Shown here: piece after piece, positions 1 to 5,637 of the stretch
Position numbering within the stretch: position 1 is the stretch's first letter
Layout of the letters: every line of letters starts with the position of its first letter
DNA from: a virus
Lineage: Duplodnaviria > Caudoviricetes
Virus record (IMG/VR): IMGVR_UViG_3300023293_000082
Span: 1-26,163 of that record
Direction: 5' to 3' (one strand)
Length of the DNA stretch: 26,163 nucleotides
The notes under the pieces: generated by a model
Databases searched by the model: none
Seen by the model: only the letters and a program-made list of their open reading frames with translations
Told to the model about the DNA's origin: nothing
Position numbers and translations under genes: made by a program

Positions 1-97
1 TATACGCGCTTTGCCTTTCTTTGGTTGCGTAAATGTTATTTACTTGCTTTTCAAGCTTGCAAATAACACCGTTGATGTTGTCTATTTCTTCTAACAT
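1..97 (-). CDS. Hypothetical protein, 5' part only (MLEEIDNINGVICKLEKQVNNIYATKERQSAY...)
   Basis: ATG at 97-95 overlaps the TAA of the upstream gene (TAATG coupling); open to the window edge. Confidence 0.7.
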   Translation of the reverse strand, partial: MLEEIDNINGVICKLEKQVNNIYATKERQSAY

Positions 98-564
98 TAC
101 CCTTTTATAATTAAAACATCCTTAGTATGAGTAACAACTGGCATCGGAACTTCTTCGCCTGTTTCTTCGTCAAAGAGTCGCGCACCTTTTTGCCATGATT
201 CAAATGCACTCTTATACAATGATTCTTTATTTTTAACCTTAGCAGTTAAATCACTCCATTCTTGAATGCCTTTATAGTTATACATCGCACGCCCTGATCT
301 TCTTTCAATCTTAACACCTTTATGCTCAAATGTTTTTAAAGGATATTTCTCTGACTCCTCCATTGCTAATTCATAAACAATTTCTTTAGCATCCTTGCAA
401 GCCTTTTCAATATTGCTTAACGATCTCAAAGCTACAATAGCATCTTTAGTGCCGTCCGTTACTGCGTTAGCTAATAGCTGTATAATATTAACAGCGTTGT
501 CTATTGGGTTGTCAATGTTTGACTGCTCCCAAACTTTCTGATCTTCAAATAATTCTTTACTCAT
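97..564 (-). CDS. Hypothetical phage protein in the recombination operon
   Basis: 155-aa ORF tightly coupled to both neighbours. Confidence 0.8.
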   Translation of the reverse strand: MSKELFEDQKVWEQSNIDNPIDNAVNIIQLLANAVTDGTKDAIVALRSLSNIEKACKDAKEIVYELAMEESEKYPLKTFEHKGVKIERRSGRAMYNYKGIQEWSDLTAKVKNKESLYKSAFESWQKGARLFDEETGEEVPMPVVTHTKDVLIIKG

Positions 565-568
565 AATA

Positions 569-1186
569 TTATAGGTTTGATTGATTGACTAATTTATCGC
601 TTAACTCTTGAGTGAATGTAAATTTCTTTTTGAAGTCATCCGTTGTAAAGCCCTCCTTTAGAGCCTTGACACAACGCATCCAGTCCGCAGAACCTTCTAT
701 CAATGGTATCAATGCTTTTGCCTTTGGAGGCGTTGGCATGTCGTTAGAATGCTTTGTGTCCGTGTCGTCTATCTTACCTACTGGAGTAAGGAATGTATAG
801 AGCAAACAGTTTTTAAGCGCGTAGGTTGTGGCCTTACCAGCGCCTTTGTCTTGGTTATCTATTCCATGACCGTAACCGCTTAACTCTTGGCTTTCGCCTG
901 ATTCATGCAAGAGTAGATATTTAGTTGTAACCTTTGTAAAAATAGATTGTTTCATCTTTTTTCCGTAATTTGTTTCTTCTTCCCATCGGTCAAGATGCGT
1001 TTCCTCCTTTATGTCAATCGGTAAAATGCATAGGCCATTCTTTTGAAGTGCTATGTTAAATACCTCTTTTACGTCTTGATCTTTTGTTCCGTCATAAGAA
1101 TATTTTCCGTCTCCTACTTTGGAGTTCTTTTCCATTCCTTTGACCTCGGCCATAACGGCTAAGATTGCTTTTGCTAAGTTCTTCAT
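569..1186 (-). CDS. ERF-family single-strand annealing protein
   Basis: ERF-like motifs (LAKAILAVMAEVKGMEK, LLHESGE, DKGAGKATTYALKNCL, DDTD); start moved to ATG 1186 to remove the overlap with the upstream ORF. Confidence 0.85.
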   Translation of the reverse strand: MKNLAKAILAVMAEVKGMEKNSKVGDGKYSYDGTKDQDVKEVFNIALQKNGLCILPIDIKEETHLDRWEEETNYGKKMKQSIFTKVTTKYLLLHESGESQELSGYGHGIDNQDKGAGKATTYALKNCLLYTFLTPVGKIDDTDTKHSNDMPTPPKAKALIPLIEGSADWMRCVKALKEGFTTDDFKKKFTFTQELSDKLVNQSNL

Positions 1187-1196
1187 TCGTGTTTGT

Positions 1197-1454
1197 TTAA
1201 ATTGAATACTCTTTAATATCGGTAACTTCGTCAAGATAGAAGCCTTCTTCATGCTCGATGAAGGTAGCCGTTCCAGTCACCCAGTCGTCACTGCCTTGAA
1301 TGCGCCCTAACATTTGTATGGTGTAGTCTTGGCAGTCCTGGCCGAACGTGTCGCGGTCGCCTTGTTCGCTGATCCAGTCAACATCGTGCCACGAATCTAA
1401 GTTGTCGATGACGCTACTGTTTTCGGAATAGAATCGTTTGTCTTTATTGTTCAT
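1197..1454 (-). CDS. Small acidic hypothetical protein
   Basis: 85-aa ORF directly downstream of an ECF-type promoter motif. Confidence 0.7.
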   Translation of the reverse strand: MNNKDKRFYSENSSVIDNLDSWHDVDWISEQGDRDTFGQDCQDYTIQMLGRIQGSDDWVTGTATFIEHEEGFYLDEVTDIKEYSI

Positions 1455-1461
1455 AGCTATC

Positions 1462-1486
1462 TTTACGAGAATGAGTTGAAAAGGTT
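1462..1486 (-). promoter_or_regulatory. ECF-sigma-type promoter motif AACCTT...CGTAAA (copy 1)
   Basis: Minus strand AAC-N16-CGTAAA ending 7 nt before ATG 1454; motif recurs in four intergenic regions. Confidence 0.6.
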
Positions 1487-1492
1487 TAAAAA

Positions 1493-1548
1493 AAATAACA
1501 GTACCTAAACGGCACTAGCGCGCCCGTTTAGCTTACGTTAGTAACAAT
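1493..1548 (+). repeat. attC-like site E1
   Basis: TAACA 1496, stem CTAAACGG/CCGTTTAG followed by an unpaired base, CGTT-AGTAAC-AAT 1536-1548. Confidence 0.75.
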
Positions 1549-1574
1549 TATTTTTTTGCCACCAAGCAGTACGG

Positions 1575-2222
1575 TCAAACAGTACGCTCTACTGCTATAT
1601 TAAAATAGGCTTCATCTTGTTCAATACCTATAAAATTTCTTCCTAAATTTTTACAAGCAACACCAGTTGTTCCTGTTCCCATATAAGGGTCAAGTATTGT
1701 GTCGCCTTTATTGGTATATGTTTTAATCAACCATTCCATTAATTCAATAGGCTTTTCTGCTGGATGTCCTGTTCTACTTCCGTTCCTGTTGTTTATAGCA
1801 TCAAAATCCAAAACAGAACCAACATTTTTAGAAGGGTATTTAGTTCTTTGTTCTTTGTTTAGCCTTTGCATTTCTTTTTCAGTTCTTTTTATTTTTTGAG
1901 CATTATAGGGTAGTTTGCCAAATACTAATATTGTTTCGTGTTGCCTTCCTACCATAGTTTTAAAAGAGTTACTTCTATAAGTGTTTTTACGCCATACAAT
2001 GTCATATTTGTAATTTTTTTTATTGCCTAAAACTAATTCAGATGTTAATGGCTGCACACAAAACAAAACAAACCCTTTAGCATTAAAGTTAAATACTTCA
2101 TTTGGTTTTACACCTTTATCCCATTTAGCATAGTTAGTGTTATATGGCAAATCGCTAATTACAAAATCGTAATGCTCTTTAATATCTACCTCGTTACAAT
2201 TTCCTTTATATAATTTTATCAT
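1575..2222 (-). CDS. DNA N6-adenine/N4-cytosine methyltransferase, beta class (cassette 1)
   Basis: Motif IV DLPY, HPAEKP, motif I DPYMGTGTTG. Confidence 0.92.
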   Translation of the reverse strand: MIKLYKGNCNEVDIKEHYDFVISDLPYNTNYAKWDKGVKPNEVFNFNAKGFVLFCVQPLTSELVLGNKKNYKYDIVWRKNTYRSNSFKTMVGRQHETILVFGKLPYNAQKIKRTEKEMQRLNKEQRTKYPSKNVGSVLDFDAINNRNGSRTGHPAEKPIELMEWLIKTYTNKGDTILDPYMGTGTTGVACKNLGRNFIGIEQDEAYFNIAVERTV

Positions 2223-2281
2223 CTTTATCTATATTTTAATTCGTACCTCATTAATTTGCCAACGCTCTAAAAAATAACAGT

Positions 2282-2346
2282 AACTAACACAGTATATAAT
2301 TAATGGCAAAAAAGCCACTAACCATATACAACACGTTATGCGTAAT
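2282..2346 (+). repeat. attC-like site E2
   Basis: TAACA 2285, arms GTATATAATTAATGGC/GCCACTAACCATATAC (mismatches become G:T on the minus strand), CGTT-ATGCGT-AAT. Confidence 0.8.
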
Positions 2347-2413
2347 GCCTTGCTGACCATTTCCAATTGAAGTTCCGTGAAGGAAAAACAAAAAGAAAAA
2401 AGCCACCGCACTT

Positions 2414-3058
2414 TTAAAACATTGTAATTTGTTGTTTAAATTCATTGTATAGTTTTTTTCCTGTTTCAAAATATTTGCTATCAATTTCGCAAATATCCAA
2501 ATCAAAACCTTCTTTATCGCAAGCAATTGCAATAGTCATACTTCCACCGTGTGTATCAAGTATTTTCATTCCCTTTTCTGCAAATGTATTTAAGCACCAT
2601 CTATACAAATCTATTGGTTTTTGTGTTGGGTGCGTTCTTATTGTTGGCATTCCCACGCCTTTTATATTTCCTTTAAACCCGTATCTATTACCATCCCACA
2701 TATACTTGAAAATCTTTGCGTTTTTATCAAATGAAGTCCAAGCCATTTCACAATCTGCATAAGTATCTGAATGGTTCAATTTGTCCCAATTTATAAAACA
2801 CCTACTATTTTTTAAATGCTCTATAAAATAATTTCCTCCCCAAATAATTTGATTTTTACTAATTCTAAAAAGCTGTTCAAAGTATTCAGGTTCTGGTATT
2901 TTAGAATCCCAATCATTATCTGAATTATTGTTTAATCTTTTATTTTTAGTTACTCCAATCCCATAAGGCGGATCAACTATTGCAAGGTCATAGTGGTTAT
3001 CGGGTTTAGTTTTCATAAACTCGATGTTGTCTATATTGTAAAAGTTTATTTCGCTCAT
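2414..3058 (-). CDS. DNA N6-adenine/N4-cytosine methyltransferase, beta class (cassette 2)
   Basis: Motif IV DPPY, IIWGGNYF, HPTQKP, motif I DTHGGSMT. Confidence 0.93.
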   Translation of the reverse strand: MSEINFYNIDNIEFMKTKPDNHYDLAIVDPPYGIGVTKNKRLNNNSDNDWDSKIPEPEYFEQLFRISKNQIIWGGNYFIEHLKNSRCFINWDKLNHSDTYADCEMAWTSFDKNAKIFKYMWDGNRYGFKGNIKGVGMPTIRTHPTQKPIDLYRWCLNTFAEKGMKILDTHGGSMTIAIACDKEGFDLDICEIDSKYFETGKKLYNEFKQQITMF

Positions 3059-3105
3059 ATAATTAAATTAAAAAATCCCTCCCTAAAAAATTAAAAAATA
3101 CAGAT

Positions 3106-3165
3106 GCCTAACACCAAATATAAGCCATAGAAAAAACGGCTCATATTATTTCCGTTGTAGGTAAT
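3106..3165 (+). repeat. attC-like site E3
   Basis: TAACA 3109, arms AATATAAGCC/GGCTCATATT, CGTT-GTAGGT-AAT. Confidence 0.8.
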
Positions 3166-3172
3166 AAGCCTA

Positions 3173-3283
3173 CTACCTTTTCTTGTGTATTTCCCAATAC
3201 CAATAATGAGCAATCAGTAAAAGTGATGCTACTATAAAGATGGTTACTATTGCCGTAACTACTAATATTTCTTGATTTTCCAT
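3173..3283 (-). CDS. 36-aa single-pass membrane peptide MENQEILVVTAIVTIFIVASLLLIAHYWYWEIHKKR (cassette 3)
   Basis: Translated by hand; fills the unit between E3 and E4; hydrophobic helix plus basic tail; A-rich leader. Confidence 0.7.
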   Translation of the reverse strand: MENQEILVVTAIVTIFIVASLLLIAHYWYWEIHKKR

Positions 3284-3322
3284 AATTTATGTTTTACTGT
3301 TTCAAATCCGTAGGCTTAAAAC

Positions 3323-3380
3323 CTACAACAAAGGCTAAAAAGCCATACAAGTACAGGATCTTAGCCTAGTCATTACCCTT
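3323..3380 (+). repeat. attC-like site E4 (terminal; ends in CATTACCCTT instead of CGTT)
   Basis: CAACA 3326, arms AGGCTAA/TTAGCCT, same length class as E1-E3. Confidence 0.65.
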
Positions 3381-3410
3381 ACTATTACGCACCTAATAAA
3401 AAAAGGTTGT

Positions 3411-3436
3411 AACCTTTTCGATATTAATCTCGTAAA
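3411..3436 (+). promoter_or_regulatory. ECF-sigma-type promoter motif (copy 2), overlapping the palindrome AAAAGGTT-GT-AACCTTTT at 3401-3418
   Basis: AAC-N17-CGTAAA upstream of ATG 3460. Confidence 0.55.
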
Positions 3437-3446
3437 CATCCGCAAC

Positions 3447-3454
3447 CAAATATA
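3447..3454 (-). promoter_or_regulatory. Bacteroidota -7 promoter box facing the left cassette array
   Basis: TATATTTG on the minus strand; -33 box not evident. Confidence 0.45.
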
Positions 3455-3459
3455 AAACA

Positions 3460-3603
3460 ATGAGACCAAGACACGAATCGAAGCACTTTCAAAAGCTGAA
3501 ACCAAACAGCAAACATAAACGTAAAGGCAATCTGTTAACGCGCATACTGCGAACTAAGTTAATAAAATGGATTGATAAAACATTTGCCTTTGTATTTAGA
3601 TAA
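3460..3603 (+). CDS. 47-aa basic peptide MRPRHESKHFQKLKPNSKHKRKGNLLTRILRTKLIKWIDKTFAFVFR
   Basis: Translated by hand; AAAACA leader; promoter motif upstream. Confidence 0.55.
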   Translation: MRPRHESKHFQKLKPNSKHKRKGNLLTRILRTKLIKWIDKTFAFVFR

Positions 3604-3617
3604 CCGATGGAAAAGGT

Positions 3618-3625
3618 TATATTTG
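3618..3625 (+). promoter_or_regulatory. Bacteroidota -7 promoter box for the replication operon
   Basis: TATATTTG immediately before the structured leader. Confidence 0.6.
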
Positions 3626-3628
3626 TAT

Positions 3629-3721
3629 TCGCTGCCTCTCACGGTATAGAGCGATAAAGAAACGTGTAGGCGTACAATGATGACAGGTGAGAGGGTCGGA
3701 TTTGTACGCCTATTTTATTTT
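3629..3721 (+). promoter_or_regulatory. Structured 5' leader: two hairpins with complementary loops, then a U-rich tract
   Basis: TCGCT/AGCGA stem enclosing CCTCTCAC; 11-bp TAGGCGTACAA/TTGTACGCCTA stem enclosing GTGAGAGG. Confidence 0.7.
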
Positions 3722-3731
3722 AATAAATGCC

Positions 3732-4457
3732 ATGAATAGTTACGAACTCTCAAGATCATGGTTTGACTTCTGCTTTGAAAATCCAGAAAAGATCAAGCCA
3801 AATCATACGGCTTTATATTTCTTTGCCATTGAGCATTGCAACCGTTTAGGATGGAAAAAGAAATTTGGTTTTCCTACTACTATGGCAATGGAGGCAATAG
3901 GAATAAAGTCATATAACACTTACATAAATACCCTTAACGACTTAGTTCGATGGGGTGGATTTGAAATGATTGAACGGTCAAAGAATCAATACTCAGCAAA
4001 CATTATTGCCCTATCAAATATTAACAAAGCACTTGATAAAGCACTTGATAAAGCATTGATAAAGCACGGTACAAAGCAAAGTGAAAGCACTAGTGAAAGC
4101 AATGATAGTATAGATAAACAAATAACAATAAACAATAAACCAATTAACAATAAACAAGAGGTAGTTTTGCCTTTTGATTCAAATGAATTTTTTAGTCAAT
4201 GGAACATTTGGAAGGAATACAAAAAGGCAGATCATAAATTTAATTACAAAAGCAACGTAAGCGAACAAGCTGCCTTGGCTAAACTTTCCGAACTTTCAAA
4301 CGCAACCGAATTAACTGCTATTAAAATTATTCACGAATCAATTTCAAACGGATGGAAAGGGTTCTTCACTCAAAAAGATAACAATGGAAAAGGAAACCAA
4401 GGCGATCGAGCGCGCGCACTCGCGGAAGCCAACGGCATTGACTACGATAGCTTATAA
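3732..4457 (+). CDS. Phage replication initiator (lambda O-like architecture)
   Basis: HTH-like N-terminus (LYFFAIEHCNRLGW, AMEAIGIKSYNTYINTLNDL), low-complexity iteron linker, C-terminal WKEYKK...SISNGWKGFF; start taken at ATG 3732. Confidence 0.85.
   Translation: MNSYELSRSWFDFCFENPEKIKPNHTALYFFAIEHCNRLGWKKKFGFPTTMAMEAIGIKSYNTYINTLNDLVRWGGFEMIERSKNQYSANIIALSNINKALDKALDKALIKHGTKQSESTSESNDSIDKQITINNKPINNKQEVVLPFDSNEFFSQWNIWKEYKKADHKFNYKSNVSEQAALAKLSELSNATELTAIKIIHESISNGWKGFFTQKDNNGKGNQGDRARALAEANGIDYDSL
4026..4157 (+). repeat. Probable replication origin: iterons plus A-rich tract inside the initiator gene
   Basis: AAAGCACTTGAT x2, AAAGCATTGAT, AAAGCA core seven times at 11-12 bp period, then AACAAT repeats. 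Confidence 0.75.
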
Positions 4458-4977
4458 CCTCGAAGCGAAGCCAATGCTAATGCAGATAAGGGAGGGGAAC
4501 GAAAAGACAGTTCAAACGCAAGTAATAAGCGCAATAGTCAAAGCGTCCGAAGCTATGCAGATAAATCTAAGCGATAGCGCAATTAAAATCATTACCGAAG
4601 ATTTGATTGACATGTATCAATACGAATCTATTCAAGATATTATCGAATGCCTTAAGCAAGGCCGAAGAGGTGTGTACGGTGTTAACTCTTACGGTAAGCT
4701 TAACTTGGAACTGATTTCAAAATGGATGCAAATATATTTAGATGGGAAGTATCTAGCCAAAGAGAATCACGAAAAGATAAAACAGAGCCTAATCGAAAAA
4801 GATAATGATTTTGATGCGGAAGAGTTTTACCGAAAAGGCAAAGAATATATTGAGGCTCAAAAGGAACTGAATAAAAAAGGCAACCAATTTTCAAACGCAA
4901 CGTATAATGAAATTAAGCACCAATACTTAAAAGAAAAGAAAGATAAAAAAAATATTGACAATAATATTCCTAGCTAG
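4384..4977 (+). CDS. Replication accessory protein (position of a P-like helicase loader)
   Basis: 197-aa ORF overlapping the initiator 3' end; function from synteny only. Confidence 0.55.
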   Translation: MEKETKAIERAHSRKPTALTTIAYNLEAKPMLMQIREGNEKTVQTQVISAIVKASEAMQINLSDSAIKIITEDLIDMYQYESIQDIIECLKQGRRGVYGVNSYGKLNLELISKWMQIYLDGKYLAKENHEKIKQSLIEKDNDFDAEEFYRKGKEYIEAQKELNKKGNQFSNATYNEIKHQYLKEKKDKKNIDNNIPS

Positions 4978-5089
4978 TTTTATGCTCACCTCGTGCGCTT
5001 CTTCAAGAAGCTGCGGGGACATTTACAAGGCTGGAAAGAAAGACCCGCCAAAGATGGAGAGGAAAGCGATTAGAATGTCTAAAGGGTAA
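4943..5089 (+). CDS. Small lipoprotein (I/M)KKILTIIFLASFMLTS-CASSRSCGDIYK..., non-ATG or mutated start
   Basis: Basic N-terminus, hydrophobic core, lipobox LTSC; first codon ATA, in-frame TAA at 4928. Confidence 0.55.
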   Translation: MKKILTIIFLASFMLTSCASSRSCGDIYKAGKKDPPKMERKAIRMSKG

Positions 5090-5135
5090 TGCTAAATGTA
5101 AAAAGCGTTTTAATGATTTTTAAATAATGTTATGG
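5082..5135 (-). repeat. attC-like site E5 (terminal, degenerate; begins AAGGGTAATG on +)
   Basis: Arms TGTAAAAAGCGTT/AATGATTTTTAAA, TGTTA at 5128; shares CGTTTTAATG apex with E6. Confidence 0.6.
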
Positions 5136-5290
5136 CAAGTTCTGAAATAATACAATCAAAAGGAGAAGTACAAATGACCAAAAGAAAATGGGGGCAACTA
5201 TACAAAAAAGGTTGGCAAAGACACCAAGACTTTTGGAATAGAAGGTGGTGGATTAGATTTAAGTGGGATGCTGAATCTAATTTGCCATAA
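5132..5290 (+). CDS. 52-aa Trp/Lys/Arg-rich peptide (cassette 4)
   Basis: MASSEIIQSKGEVQMTKRKWGQLYKKGWQRHQDFWNRRWWIRFKWDAESNLP; ATG lies in GTTATG and TAA in CATAAC of the flanking sites. Confidence 0.65.
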   Translation: MASSEIIQSKGEVQMTKRKWGQLYKKGWQRHQDFWNRRWWIRFKWDAESNLP

Positions 5291-5337
5291 CGGTTTGTGT
5301 ATGGCATCGTTTTAATGTGCTATACACGTTGTTATAC
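5280..5337 (-). repeat. attC-like site E6
   Basis: On +: ATT-TGCCAT-AACG, arms GTGTATGGCA/TGCTATACAC (G:T on +), TGTTA. Confidence 0.8.
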
Positions 5338-5356
5338 ACTTTTAAATTTAAATAAA

Positions 5357-5554
5357 ATGAACTTTAAAGAAGGACAAAAAGTAAATTACGAAAATAAAGA
5401 AACTCATATCGAAACACTTAACAATAATGGTTCTTGTATTATAGCTAACCCCTTTTGGAATTGGGACGAAGAAGGTTTATGTGTAGATGAAGGTATTGAT
5501 TACGATGTACCTTATTGGATTAACGTTAAGATAACAGAGCTTAATTGTGTATAA
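5357..5554 (+). CDS. 65-aa acidic hypothetical protein (cassette 5)
   Basis: ATG 5357 after AAATAAA; stop codon inside the TAAC of E7. Confidence 0.75.
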   Translation: MNFKEGQKVNYENKETHIETLNNNGSCIIANPFWNWDEEGLCVDEGIDYDVPYWINVKITELNCV

Positions 5555-5602
5555 CACTAAGCTAGAATACGTTTCTTCAATGTATTTTAGCGGCTGTTAT
5601 CG
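5544..5602 (-). repeat. attC-like site E7
   Basis: On +: ATT-GTGTAT-AAC, arms GCTAGAATACGTT/AATGTATTTTAGC (two G:T on +), TGTTA. Confidence 0.8.
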
Positions 5603-5637
5603 AGTCATTTTAATGCTCGAAATTTAAACGAAACAAA

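Larger units (their letters stand above)
1493..3380. mobile_element. Left integron-like cassette array (4 attC-like sites, 3 cassettes)
   Basis: Sites E1-E4 alternate with single genes; the two ends of each cassette are mutually complementary. Confidence 0.75.
5082..5602. mobile_element. Right integron-like cassette array (3 attC-like sites, 2 cassettes), inverted relative to the left array
   Basis: Sites E5-E7 alternate with single small genes; cassette ends complementary. Confidence 0.75.

Noticed and set aside
2229-2532. ORF-track ORFs 2229-2411 and 2284-2532
   Set aside because: They read through site E2, and 2284-2532 overlaps MTase 2; most likely incidental frames
3687-3731. GTG start of the initiator at 3687
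   Set aside because: Lies in the loop of the leader hairpin; ATG 3732 has a typical A/T-rich leader
5297-5356. N-terminal extension of the 5357 ORF
   Set aside because: Translates site E6; ATG 5357 has the proper A-rich leader
1493-5602. CRISPR array or simple terminators as explanation of the repeated hairpins
   Set aside because: Arms differ in sequence, spacing is 160-780 bp with whole genes between, there are no U-tracts after the stems, and complementarity links ends across genes. A REP/MITE-type origin is not fully excluded
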